Shown here: one piece after another, positions 12,173-23,939 of the stretch | Layout of the letters: each line of letters begins with the position of its first letter | Numbering within the stretch: position 1 is the first letter of the stretch | Assembly (NCBI GenBank): GCA_973895155.1 | Contig: OZ316899.1 | Location: 2,193,573-2,257,572 of the forward strand | From: Marsupella aquatica | Lineage: Eukaryota > Plantae > Marchantiophyta | Direction: 5' to 3' | DNA length: 64,000 bases | The notes under the pieces: generated by a model | What the model saw: only the letters and a program-made list of their open reading frames with translations | The model's database searches: none | What the model was told of the DNA's origin: nothing | Program-made: the position numbers and the translations under genes

Positions 12173-15100
12173 TAGCTCCCCACTTAATTGTGAAGCGTCC
12201 TCGCGAACAACTTCATCTTCGTCCATATAGTATTTCTTGAGGCGGTCATAATGGATGCGAACTGGATATACCTCTCCCGTAATGTTGGCCAATTGTACGG
12301 AGCCATTGGGGAACATCATGGTTACTCTAAAGGGTCCTAACCAGCGAGTGTAAAGCTTTCCTGGAAACCTACTATACCTACTGTCATAAAGTAGCACAAG
12401 ATCACCGGTATGAATACTAACTACTTTCAATTTTTTATCATACTGCTGCTTCATGATATTCTGTCTATATTCTACTCTCTCGGCTGAAATCATTCTCGCT
12501 TCCTCTAAAGCTTCTAACCTATATTCTCGCTTCTTTAGGCTCTCCTCCGCTGAGGCTCTTTCCTCAATTGTAACTTGAAATGTCGGTATCTCAAGTTGCA
12601 TGGGTACCAGGGCTTCTTGTCCAAAGGTTAAGAAGAAGGGTGTATGACCGGTAGTGGATTTATAGGCAAGATTGTAAGCAAAAACAGCAGCAAACAATTT
12701 ATCGTCCCAATCAAGTTTGTTCTGAGCTACTGTTTTGTTCAATATCTTTCCTATAATTCCGTTTGCTCGTTCTGTCAACCCGTTTGCCTTTGGATGGTAG
12801 GGAGTAGTAGGCCTATGTTTAACTAAATACTGCTCATTTAAACGACTAATTATATCATTCAAAAAATGGGTTCCTCTATCACTAACTAATTCTAGGGGTG
12901 CTCCATACCTGGTGAAGATCTGCTCATACATGAATCTAGCCGTAGTAATTGCATCATCCTTCGTTGTTGGTCTGGCCTCTACCCATTTAGTTGCATAATC
13001 CGTAGCCAGGATTATGTACTTGTTCCGTCGAGGGTGGGTCAGTGGTTTCAGAGGTCCAATGTAATCAATACCCCACTTCTCGAATGGTGCCAGAGGTAGA
13101 ATAGGGTGCAGTGGATGCCTAGTGGACGCCCTTGGTCCTCCCGCTCGTTGACAAGGATCGCATTGTTTGATAAACTGATAGACATCTTTGTGCAAGGTGG
13201 GCCACCAGTAACCGGCATTTAATATCTTCTTAGACGTGGTTACTGGGGCAAAATGTCCTCCGGCCTCCTCTCCATGCATGGCCCGTAGGACTCGTTTTAC
13301 CTCTCTCTTTTCCAAACATCTTTGAATCGTGCCGTTGATTCCATGCTTGTGCAGTATGCCTTTAATGCACTGATACTGTCTGACCTTCCGCACAAAGACT
13401 GCGGCTTGCTCTCGGCTTAATCCTGGCTGTAATCTGGAAGTGCTGAGAAATTGTAAAATCTCAGGGTACCATGTACCAGCTATTTCCACAACGAATAGCT
13501 CCTCATCGGGGAATCGATCATCGATGCAATCCGTGGCAGGTTTACCTGTGATCCTTGAAAAGAAGTCGGCATTGGCATGTAACTTTCCCGGCTTGATTCT
13601 CAACTCATAGTCAAACTCCTATAATAGCAAAATCCATCTTGCTACTCTGCCTGTAAGGTCCGGCTTATTGACTAGGTACTTCAAACTTTCATGATCGGTA
13701 TGAAAGATTACCTTGTACCCTAGTAAATAATGCCTAAACTTTTTACAAGAATAAATGACTCCTAATGCTTCTCTTTCTGTGGTAGAGTAGTTCCGTTCGG
13801 CATCGGCAAGCTGACGGCTTGCGAAGTATATGGGATGGTCCCTTCCTTTTTCATCCAACTGACTTAGTACTGAGCCAATACAGAAGCCCGAGACATCTAC
13901 AAAAACATGAAAATCTTTGTTCCAGTCCGGTGCTATCATGACTGGGGCCTCTACTAACATCTGCTTCAATTCTACCACCGCTGTGACTCGTTCGGGTGTG
14001 GGTTCGAAGTCTGCTCCTGCCTTGAGCATGTTGGTTAATGGTAAAGCTAGCTTGGCAAAATCCTTGATGAACCGGCGATAGTAACCAATGCATCCCAAGA
14101 AGGATCTTACATCCTTTATGTTCTTAGGTTGCATGATATCTAGCCATACTGCTAGCTTACCTTTGTCAATCTCAATGCCCTTCCTTGATACCTTGTGACC
14201 TAGTAGCACCCCCTCGGTTACTGCAAAGAAACATTTATCTGGGTGTAACTTGAGACCCACCTCTCTACATCTCATGAAGGTTTTCCTGAGGTATTTAGCA
14301 TGTTTCGATGCCTTCCCGAATACTGCAAAGTCGTCAATGAAGATTTCCATGAACTTTCTCAAGTAATCATGAAAAATGTTCACCATTAATCGTTGAAACA
14401 TAGCTGGTGCGTTGCAGAGTCCAAACGGCATACGATTGAAGACATAGATTCCCCATTCCGTGATGAAGGCCGTCTTGATTTGGTCTTCCTGCCGAATCCT
14501 GATTTGGTTATAACCAGAGTATCCATCCATGAATGAATATAGTTCATGACTGGCTACCATGTCTAGTACCATATCAGTAAACGGTAAAGGAAAATGGTCT
14601 TTTAATGTTGCTTCATTCAGCTTCCTGTAATCCTGACAAACCCGGATCTTGGGTTTACCATCGGGTCCAGCTTTCTTGGGAACTATCACAATTGGAGACA
14701 CCCAGTTTGAATGCAGGACTGGAGTGATGAATCCAGCTTCCACTAGTTTGTCGATTTCTGTTTTGACCAGCAGGGAATACTTCGGGTTCATCCTTCGAAT
14801 TGGTTGTCGAAATGATTTGGCTCCTAACATGAGATCAATTCGATGTTCCCCTAGTGTTGGATCTACTCCCTTTAGATCTTGGTGACTCCATGCAAACACA
14901 TCCTGAAATTCAATCAATAAGTCACTGATCTCTTTCTCGAGCTCAGGTGCTAGGTTTCTCCCTAAGTTCAGTTCTCTTCCCTCTCCTAAGTCGAGCTTCC
15001 GATATTGCCGTGCTTGGATCATATTAATCTGCTTCTTCAAATTCGGGTCCAGTTCGGCTTCTAGTCTCTCTAATCTCATGCCTCCATAAACTGGAATCTC

Positions 15101-16710
15101 GGCTGGACTAGCCGAGTCGGTCCCTTCCTTGGTGTCCCTAGATTGTCCCCTTGCCGGTCTATTCGGTTTTGAATTGGTGGTCGGCTCCCCTTCCTGCCTT
15201 GGCTCTGGATCATGTCTGTCCATCTCATCCACCTCTTGCTCCTGAGAGTTAGGCCGCTGTGCTCTCTCGGCTTCTAATAGGGCCTCAATTTGTTCTGCCC
15301 TCGTAATCGGCTTGTATGCCGATCCCTTGGTATTTAATTCCTTGCCGATGATCGATGGCGTTGTGAACCCTGCCTGCTCTGCCACAACGCCTGCAGAAAA
15401 TCCACTGTCCCTGCTACTGCTCCTCACTTAGCTGTTTCATCCAATTGGTCTACATCCTTTACTTCCTCCGGAATTGCAGCTAAAAAGGTGGATTCTATTG
15501 TAAAGCAGTCCTCGACCTCTTCGTCTTCTTCTTCCAAGTCACCTTCCATTGGTTCTTGCCATAATCCGCTGGGGGGTACCTCTGGTCCAAAGACACCTTC
15601 TTCGGTTAGGTTAGTGAGGCATTCTAACCAACGTACTTCATCGGCTGACTCCAGTCCACTGTCGTACCCATCTACTTCCCTTATGCTTTTCCTACGGTCA
15701 TCCTTAGTGTCCCAGGATACCGTGATAGAGGGGGTCCCGAAAGTGAACTGCTTTTTACCCCAATCTTCTATTACCTCGGCTAGGTACAGCCATGGCCTAC
15801 CAATCAATAGCCGGAATGACGTAGGATTTACCGGCTTCATTACTACATAGTTAATGCTAAAGAAGATACCTCCTATCTCTGTCTTGATGCCGGTTAACAC
15901 TCCCGTGGGAATGACCTGATATCCATTGGCCATGTTCAACACTCTTCCAGTCATCTCCGGTGTTAGACCCCACCCTTTTGCTGTTGAATCAATCATAATA
16001 CATACCCCTGATCCTCCATCGATGGGTACCCGTAGTAATAATTCTCCTTGAATCATTAAGGGTAATGTTGGGGCTCCTTGATCTTCTTCTATCATTAGTA
16101 CGTCGGATCTGGTTGCTACCTTGGGTAACCTCGGCTTGCCGAGAATAGCCTTCCTTAATTGCTTCCGGAAGTACGGGCTATTTTTCAATAGTTGACCTAC
16201 TGTTGCCGAGACTCTAGATTCTAGTACATCTTTAGCCAGGTCATAGGGAACAATCGGCTTCTCCTCTGGTGGTGTTTCCGTCTTGGATTCGGCCAGTTTT
16301 GCCACGCTAGTCTCCACAGCTGTTGGGTCTTCCGAAGCAAACAATGCTTTTGCTCGTTTTACATCCTTGGCAATGGCTTCGGTATTCTCCAGGGTTTCTA
16401 ATTCTCTTAGTTGTTCCTTAACACTAGCCGTAACAGAGGGGTAGAACAACTTAGGATGATCTCGATTGAAGTCGCTATCTTGTGAAGGATTGGTTTCACT
16501 GGTGGGCTCATGGCTTACCTGTATTGCCGGAGCCCTCCCTTCTCCTTCTGTTGATGTTGACGAAGAGTCGATCCTTTCCTCCGTAACCTTCCCTTTATTT
16601 TTGGCCAGCCCATCCCACCTTTCCTTCCTTCTGGTAGATCGAGTAGAGACCCGGTAGCAATCATGATCTAAATCCTCAATTACTTGAAATAATGTCATTT
16701 GTGAACACAC
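12161..16710 (-). pseudogene. Ty3/gypsy pol (protease, RT, RNase H, integrase) with a frameshift near 15425 and a stop at 13619-13621
   Basis: Protease-like RVPIDGGSGVCIM. RT RVCQDYRKLN...FMDGYSGYNQI...MPFGLCNAP...IFIDDFAV. RNase H VFVDVSG...NYSTTEREAL...FHTDHESL. Integrase H-H-C-C, WGIDYIGP, SDRGTHF, KANGLTER, RWLGPF. Confidence 0.95.
12176..12185 (-). other. Polypurine tract of the giant-LTR gypsy element
   Basis: AAGTGGGGAG on the minus strand, 3 nt before the TG of the LTR, inside the last integrase codons. Confidence 0.7.
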
Positions 16711-17109
16711 CTATTGTTACTATAAATATCACCGATAGTGGAGTCACAAATGGATTTTGTCAAAATAACTTTAAAATATTTTAGTGACAAAGACATTTTT
16801 ACAAACAACTTAAGACTGAGTGGATTATTTGTCACTGTCCAAAAGTCTTTAAATAAAGTCATTGTTATCACATATTGTACGGCTACAAATGTCACTCATA
16901 TTAGAGTCCAATAAATATTATTTGATGCAACTTTAGACCAAGTGCCACATCCTCCATAGTCCAAAATCACTCTAAAGAACATCATTTTCTTCATACATTT
17001 TATTAACTCCAAATGCCACTAAGAGTAGAGTGCCAATGCAAGGCCTTGCGAATGACTTGAAATGAAGTGGATCATCTTCCATTCTCAGAAATCACTATAA
17101 ATAATGTCA

Positions 17110-17267
17110 TGTTGTAAGGTATAGAACAACTGATTCTTCATTCCCTTCCATATCCTTACATATAGGCTATCGAATAGCCAGGCGGTTAGACAGTTAATGT
17201 GGTCTAACCTGAGTAGGCGTAAACCTAGTTAACCTCATGTATGGTCTGGTTAACTCGGGTTACAACA
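17110..17267 (-). repeat. Copia-1 3' LTR (158 bp)
   Basis: TGTTGTAAGG...GGTTACAACA on plus; next to CTCCCCCTT (PPT on minus). Confidence 0.95.
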
Positions 17268-18285
17268 CTCCCCCTTGGGTGTAACATGATCTGGGGAGGA
17301 ATGTTGCACCCACCTCTAGCCTACTCTAAATGTGAAATGTGTATTCTGAGGTTTGTGGTTTGGGGGGAATGTAACCTCATTAAAACCCCCCCTCCTTTCT
17401 TGCTGGGGGAAAGAGTGTTACCATTCCATCCCTAAAAACCTTAGAATCATGGTTAAGTTATGAGTAATCAAATGATTAGAGTTAAAGTTGTGTAAGGATG
17501 TCATATGCTATGTAACGTTATTGGAACTAGTAAAGACCTAAATGTCTCGTATGAGTTTCAAAAGTGAGAGAATTTGCATGGCGATTTTTGGTGGTTGCAG
17601 TAGCGAGGTTTTTGGTGTTGTCTGCTACAGAGTGAGGGTCGTCTCGAAGGAATGCACATTGCATAAGTGTCTCTTTTGTAGTTTCGGCATTTTGTTGCTT
17701 CGAAGATCTTGAATGTGCTTTGGTTGGGTGGAGGGCGGACTCGTGTCTGAGATGATCGATGTTCGCTGCTCGGTTTCTTCACGTTAGATGGTTGACGCGC
17801 GTTGTGGTCCTGGTCGTCTGTTAGATGTCGAGGGGCAATGGACTCAACTTTCTTCCTGAAGAAGTGGTGCAGGGCCTAGGCGTGTTCGTCACAAGGTCGA
17901 TGGTTTTCGGTGGGAGGTATCTGCAGCTGCATTGTTGGTGGTCGTTCTTTCTGAGGTCGGGCGATTCTTCTTTGTTCAGTTTGATTTTGTGCGATGGGAG
18001 TGTCGGGGAGCGGATGTGGCGAACTGTGGCCGATAAGATTTGTTCCCGACTGCTTTACAGGCGAGATTGCGCATTGCTCCCCCTGAGTCATTCACTTTTG
18101 TGGCTCTCTTATAGTCATTCATTTTGTCATGTTGGCGCAGCTGCCGTTTCTTGTAGATGTCTGTTGTGATCTTTGTTCGAGATCTGTTCGACTGAGGTGA
18201 GTTGGTCCGAGCTTCGCGGTGTAGTCTACGGATCGAGGTCTCCCCCTGAGCAAAACGAGCGCAGCCACTGTAAGTATAAGTGTGT

Positions 18286-21200
18286 TTAATTTTGTAGTTC
18301 AGTTAAGGTCCGTAGACCTACTGAAATGGCATGTTGCTTATGTAATGCAGGAGGTAGGGATTTGGTAAACATATCGGCAATGTTCTTTGAGCTTTGTATC
18401 CATTTGACTTGAATACTACTGCCTTGCTGTTCATGCGTAAAGAAGAACTTAGGAGCGATGTGTTTGGTGCGATCTCCCTTGATAAAGCTTGCTTGAATTT
18501 GTTCAACGCAGGCTCGGTTATCTTCATGGATTTCTGTCGATGTTGACAGTGTAGGTACGCCGGTATTCTCATGAATGTGATTGATAACGTTGCGTAGCCA
18601 GATACACTCCCTGCTTGACTCATAGAGAGCTATGATCTCTGAATGGTTTGACGATGTCATGGTTAGTGTCTGCTTGCAGCTTCGCCATGAAATGGCTGTC
18701 TCGCCCATCAGGAAAACGTACCCTGTCTGGGACTTGGCGTCCTCAGGGTCTAAAAGGTAACCTGCATCAGCATACCCAGTGAGAAAATAATTAGTATTTG
18801 ATGGGTAGAATAGTCCCAGATCCATGGTACCAGCTAGGTAGCGGAAAATGCGCTTTATGCCGTTCCAATGCCTAATAGTTGGCTTGGCACTGTGGCGTGC
18901 CAGTAAATTTATTGCAAAGGCTATGTCGGGCCTTGTCTGGTTCGAAAGGAACATCAAGACACCTATAGCAAATAGGTATGGCTTTTCTGGGCCAAGTAGT
19001 GGCTCTGTTTCGCTCCTCTTCCGGAAGAGATCCTTTTCTTTGTCAAGTGAGCAAATGTCCATGGGAGATCTGACTGCAGTGGCTTTGTCCATGTTAAATT
19101 GCCTTAGTATCTTCTTGAGGTATGTGGACTGATGCAGTAGAATGCCATTGTGCAGGTGCTCAAATTGCAGGCCTAGGCAGAAAGAAGTCTGACCAAGGTC
19201 GCGCATCTCAAAGGCCTTTTTCAGTAATGTAATAGTTTCAGTCAGAATCTTTTTAGTTCCGAACAGGTTCAGATCGTCTACATAGATGGCTACAATAATG
19301 AATTCTTTGTTCTCCCGCTTCAGAAATAAGCAGGGTGCTATATCAGCATTCTGAAATCCCATAGCTTGCATCTCGGCCTTAAATCGTTTGTACCATGTCA
19401 GGCCGCTTTGCTTAAGGCCATACAGTGATCTTAGCACCTGTACTGCGAATCTAGTTCTCCGGGTGGTGTCCCTCTGATTCGGTGTAGGAGCTTTGAGGGC
19501 TATCTTGGCTGCAGTCTTGTGGAGTATTGCTGAATTTGTGTGTTTGAATGTTTCCGGCTGATTTTGGGTTGCTGCAGTATGGAGTTGTTTCCCTTTGCTG
19601 TGGTATGCGACTCGTTTCACCAATTCTGGGGGGGCCTCCATGTATATAACTTTGTCTAAGTGTCCGTATAAATACGCTGTCACAATATCCATTTGATGCA
19701 TGGATAAGTGATGGCGTTGTGAAAATGTAATGAGGTATCTGTAGGTAATGACATCCATTACCGGGGAGTATGTTAGGTCATAGTCCCTGTCGGGGACTTG
19801 AGTAAATCCTCTGGCCACCAGTCTGGCCTTATGCCGTGTCACATCACCTTTCGCATTTCTTTTCTTGACTAAGGTCCATTTATAGCCAGTGAGATGGGCT
19901 TCAGGTTCAGCTATTAATCACCTATTCATTAAAAGTGTATTTTATTTTGTTCGCTTTTAGGCCTCGAAATGTACACTTTTGGGTCTCTAAATGTACACTT
20001 TTTAACCCCAAAAGGTATACTATAGTACAATACTCTACACCTAAATAGTCAATTGTAAACTTGAGGGAGAAAAAATGATCTTTACTAGAAGGAGTCTCAT
20101 CCTAGTTCATTTATAAAAGATGAACATGGTGGTATGTCTGATGGCCATCACTTTTATTTCTTGCCCAAATGTACACTTTCTATTGCCCAAATGTTCTCGA
20201 ATTGAATAATAATTCACTTTTAATGAATAGATTGATTATTGTGATCGGTCCGAATACTTGGCGAGCTATGAGGGAGTCCAGTTCTAAGTGAATGGCCTGT
20301 TCCCATTCAGGCCAGTCAGGTTGGGCCTCAGCTTCTTTGATTGTGCGGGGGTCCGGCTGTTCGTCGTCGATCTGCTGTGCTATATGAAATGCAAATTGTT
20401 CGTCTATAGTAGTGTGCTCTCTGTCCCATACATGCCCAGTTCTTCCGTAGTTGATTGAGATCTCGGCATTGTCTTCTGGTACATTGGATTGACTGGGAGT
20501 TGGGTCCCTGGTGGATGTACTGGGTACAGGTGTTGGAGCAGCTCTACGCTGTCGTGGTTGTCTGTCGACAGCTCCCAGTGGGCGGCCTCTCTTTGCTTTC
20601 GGGGCTGTTGTTGTTGCTGGTGTGGTATCCATTTGGATTCTGGATGGTGCATTTGCTGCTGGGATATGAGAGCGTGTCACCTGGGCGGCATCTGTGAAGG
20701 AGTCTGGTAGATGTTCTACCATCCTTGCTAAGTGTAAAGTTCGTTGTACTTCAGTGTCCGCGTGACTGTCCCTGGGGTCGTTCCAGAATCCTGCGTCAAT
20801 TTGCCAAGTCAGTTGGGAGTTTTTCTCTGTGTCGTGTTGCTTCGTATGTAGGTTGGGGAATATATCTTCATAAAAGTGGCAATCTACAAAGCGTGCTTTG
20901 AAGACATCAGAGGTTGTGGGTTCCATATATCTAATAATGGAGGCTGAGTCGAAGCCTATGTATATCCCTGGGTGTCTCTGGGGGCCCATCTTGGTTCTCT
21001 TAGGTCCGAGGGTGGGTACCATTACCTTACAACCGAATGTTCTCAGGTGAGAGACATTTGGTATGGTCCCTAGTGCTAGATGATGTGGGGTAAAGGAATT
21101 AAAGGATGATGGTCTGTAGCTGAGTAGTGCAGCAGAGTGGAGAATGGCATGGCCCAAGGCAGCTGTTGGTAGGTTCAACTGCATTAGGAGGGGCCTAGCG

Positions 21201-23215
21201 GTCATCTGTAATCGTTTGATCAGGGATTCAGCTATTCCGTTCTGAAAATGAACATGGGGCACTGGGTACTGTACATCTATGCCAGTCGCCTGGCAGTAAT
21301 CTTCAAACGTTTTGGAGGTAAATTCTCCGGCATTGTCCACTCTGAGTGTTTTGATCTGGTGTTCGGGAAATTGTGCTCTCAGTTTTAGTATGTGCACTAG
21401 GAGTCGGGAAAATACCAGGTTTCTTGTGGATAATAAAGATATTTGACTCCATTTGGTTGATGCGTCTATGACCGCTAGGAAAAATCGGAATGGGCCGCTG
21501 GGGGGGTCGATCGGCCCACATACATCGGCGGGTATGCGCTCCAGGAAGTGGGGGATTTGGCGCTCAGTTTTGGGTGGTGAGGGACGGATTATGAGCTTGC
21601 CCTGTGAGCAGGCTAAACAAGGGGCTTTTATGGACGTAGGGTGGACAGTGTCCGGTATGCCGTGAGTTTCTCTGATAAGTTTCTGGAACATTGTTGTTCC
21701 CGGGTGGCCCAGTCTCCTGTGCCAGATCTCGGTAAGTGTGCCTTGGAGTGTTCCAGTATAGAAACTGTGGATTTCAGTAGTGTAGCAACCGGGGGGGTGA
21801 TGCTCTCAGGATCTCTCTGATCTTGGTATTTATTGGTTCCCCCGAGGTGATGTACAAGACTTCCCGTCCTTGTTGAGTGCCAGTCTTAATATGTAACTTG
21901 TTAGCACGGATATCCCCAAAGCTTAGCAAGTTTCTGGTTGCCTTTGGGGCGTATATCGCTGACTCCACATGAATTATCGTCCCCCGGGGTAGGGTGACCA
22001 ATGTTGGTCCAAATCCCTCTTCCAATTGATGCTGGCCCATAATCGTTGTAAGTTTTCTTTGTGATGGTGTAATTTGCTTGAAGTATTCTTTGTGCTTGAA
22101 AATGGAATGTGATGTACCACTGTCTACTATGCAGTGAGAAGAATTGTCTTTTATATTAGAATCAGATGTGATGTTTAATGTGACCATATGTATAGATGGT
22201 ATGATCTCCGTAGATTCTAAAAAGGTCCCATACGTCTCAGGTTCATTTTGTGCAGTGCTCTTCTTGTATAGTTGCACCAGGTGTGCGGGTGTACGGCAGA
22301 ATTTTTGAATGTGGCCTTTAGTGCCACAACGAAAACAGGTAGAGGGGTTTTCGTATTTATCTCTTTGAGTGCTTTGTTGTTGATTTGTCCTCGCTCGGTG
22401 TTGATAGTTGCCTTGCTGCCAATTGTTTCTGGAGTTATCGCCGGTGTTTTGGTATCTTCCCCTGGATCTGCCTCTGAAGTTGTTGCTTCTGCCTCCACGT
22501 CCTCTGAAAGAGCTGCCTCGGCCTCTGTATGTGGTTCTCCCCCTGAAACTGCCTCGACCACGGTAAGATGAGCCCTCTCCCCTCTGGGTTGTAACATAGT
22601 GGGATTCTGAATTTGTGACTGGAGGGAGAGTACCAGGGGGTCGTTTTTGGGAATTCTGTAATAGCAATAGCTGGTGCTTTTCAGCCAGGAGCATATGGGC
22701 AATCAACTCGAAGTATTGGGTGAATCGCATATTGCGATATTGGGTAGAGAGGATGAGATTTGTAGAGTGAAGGGTAGAGAGCGTTTTCTCAATCTGTTCG
22801 TCATCATTAACGGGGTGGCCACATATGGCCAATTGGGATACAATCCGAAATAATTCGCAATTGTAATCTGCAATTAATTTATGGTCCTGGACCCGGAGAT
22901 TTATCCAATCGTGTCTGGCCGCAGGCAGGTGTATGGTACGCGTGTGGTCGAAGCGTGATTGAAGTGTGTCCCAAAGGACTCTCGGATTATATTCGTTCAT
23001 GTACTGTCGCTTCAAGGAGTCACTCAAATGGTGTCGAATTAGTATCAATGCCTGCGCTTTTTGCTGAAGTGTTTGGCCATTGTCAGTTATTACTGTATCC
23101 TGTAGATTCTTTGAAGTTAGGTGAGCTTAAGCATCGAGCGTCCAGGACAAGTAGTTGGCACCATCGATGTTGAGTGGTTGGAATAAGAGTTTCTCCATAG
23201 AATTCTTTGACATAT
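18286..23215 (-). pseudogene. Copia-1 gag-pol, disrupted by a nonsense codon in gag (about 23130), a +1 frameshift in a C7 run (about 21795) and a MITE
   Basis: ORF pieces 21774..23048, 20180..21691 and 18286..19842, compared by eye with the second copia copy. Confidence 0.9.
19916..20237. mobile_element. MITE-like non-autonomous DNA transposon (322 bp) nested in copia-1
   Basis: About 22-bp TIRs AATCA(C/AT)CTATTCATTAAAAGTG, probable 3-bp TSD ATT (19913-15, 20238-40), internal repeats AAATGTACACTTT near 19968, 19989 and 20168. Absent at the equivalent site of copia-2 (GPITIAEP). Confidence 0.85.
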
Positions 23216-23554
23216 TGCAAGATTCTAGTGGTATAATTTCTTGTTGGTAAGCACAAGGTTGCAATTATATTTTGGGTGTTGAATCTCAATTTCATTCCAT
23301 TGTTGAAATTTGGGAAAGAGGAAATGGAATTGCAAATTGTAGTTGGTAAATTGTAATTTCTTATCTCAATCGTCCAATTTGTCCAATGTGTAATCTTGAT
23401 TTATAACATTCCATCCCCCTTGATTGATCTAGCCACCGCTGCACCTTCGCTTGCCATTAATCCTTTCCTAAGAGGTTGCCAATCTATCTCAAGAGAAGAA
23501 AAAGCGAGGTAATTTTAAAAAAATTTGATTCAAATCAGCATCGTGCTGATAACG

Positions 23555-23712
23555 TGTTGTAAGGTATAGAACAACTGATTCTTCATTCCCTTCCATATCC
23601 TTACATATAGGCTATCGAATAGCCAGGCGGTTAGACAGTTAATGTGGTCTAACCTGAGTAGGCGTAAACCTAGTTAACCTCATGTATGGTCTGGTTAACT
23701 CGGGTTACAACA
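23555..23712 (-). repeat. Copia-1 5' LTR (158 bp)
   Basis: Identical by eye to 17110-17267; followed on minus by PBS CGTTATCAGCACGA. Confidence 0.95.
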
Positions 23713-23939
23713 TGTCATTCTTTAAATACATTTTGCAACTACAAATGCCACCAGCATTAGAGTGTCAAAACAGTTTTGACACTTGACTAAAAATTGGACA
23801 GATTATTTTGTGATGTCCAAAACCTTTCCCAATGATGTCATTATCAACAAACATTTTCAGTCAAGATATGCATGCCACTCGAATTACAATGGCAAACGCA
23901 TTCTATCTTACAACTTGTACCCAAACCACTACAGAACAG

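Larger units (their letters stand above)
7504..16695 (-). mobile_element. 5'-truncated non-chromoviral Ty3/gypsy element (pol, PPT and 4.7-kb 3' LTR); gag and 5' LTR are missing
   Basis: PR-RT-RH-IN order, no chromodomain, PPT at 12176-12185, LTR 12172 to 7504. Homology stops near 16695, where a different AT-rich repeat begins. Confidence 0.9.
17110..23712 (-). mobile_element. Full-length Ty1/copia element, Bianca-like, with defective ORF
   Basis: Two apparently identical 158-bp TG...CA LTRs (17110-17267, 23555-23712), TSD TGTCA on both sides, PPT 17268-17276, PBS 23541-23554. Gag EKLLFQPLNIDGANYLSW...ILIRHHLSDSLK, CCHC knuckle CFRCGTKGHIQKFC, protease IVDSGTSHSI, integrase ADVCGP...VDNAGEF...NGIAE, RT SLYGLKQSG/IYVDDL, RNase H GYADAGY...HEDNRAC. 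Confidence 0.95.

Noticed and set aside
16005-16035. Atypical protease active site DGG instead of D(S/T)G
   Set aside because: To my knowledge DGG variants occur in other plant gypsy proteases, and a single defective copy cannot show significance.
17110-23712. Apparent paradox of identical LTRs with a defective ORF
   Set aside because: 158 bp gives weak dating resolution; two point lesions in about 5 kb are compatible with zero LTR differences.
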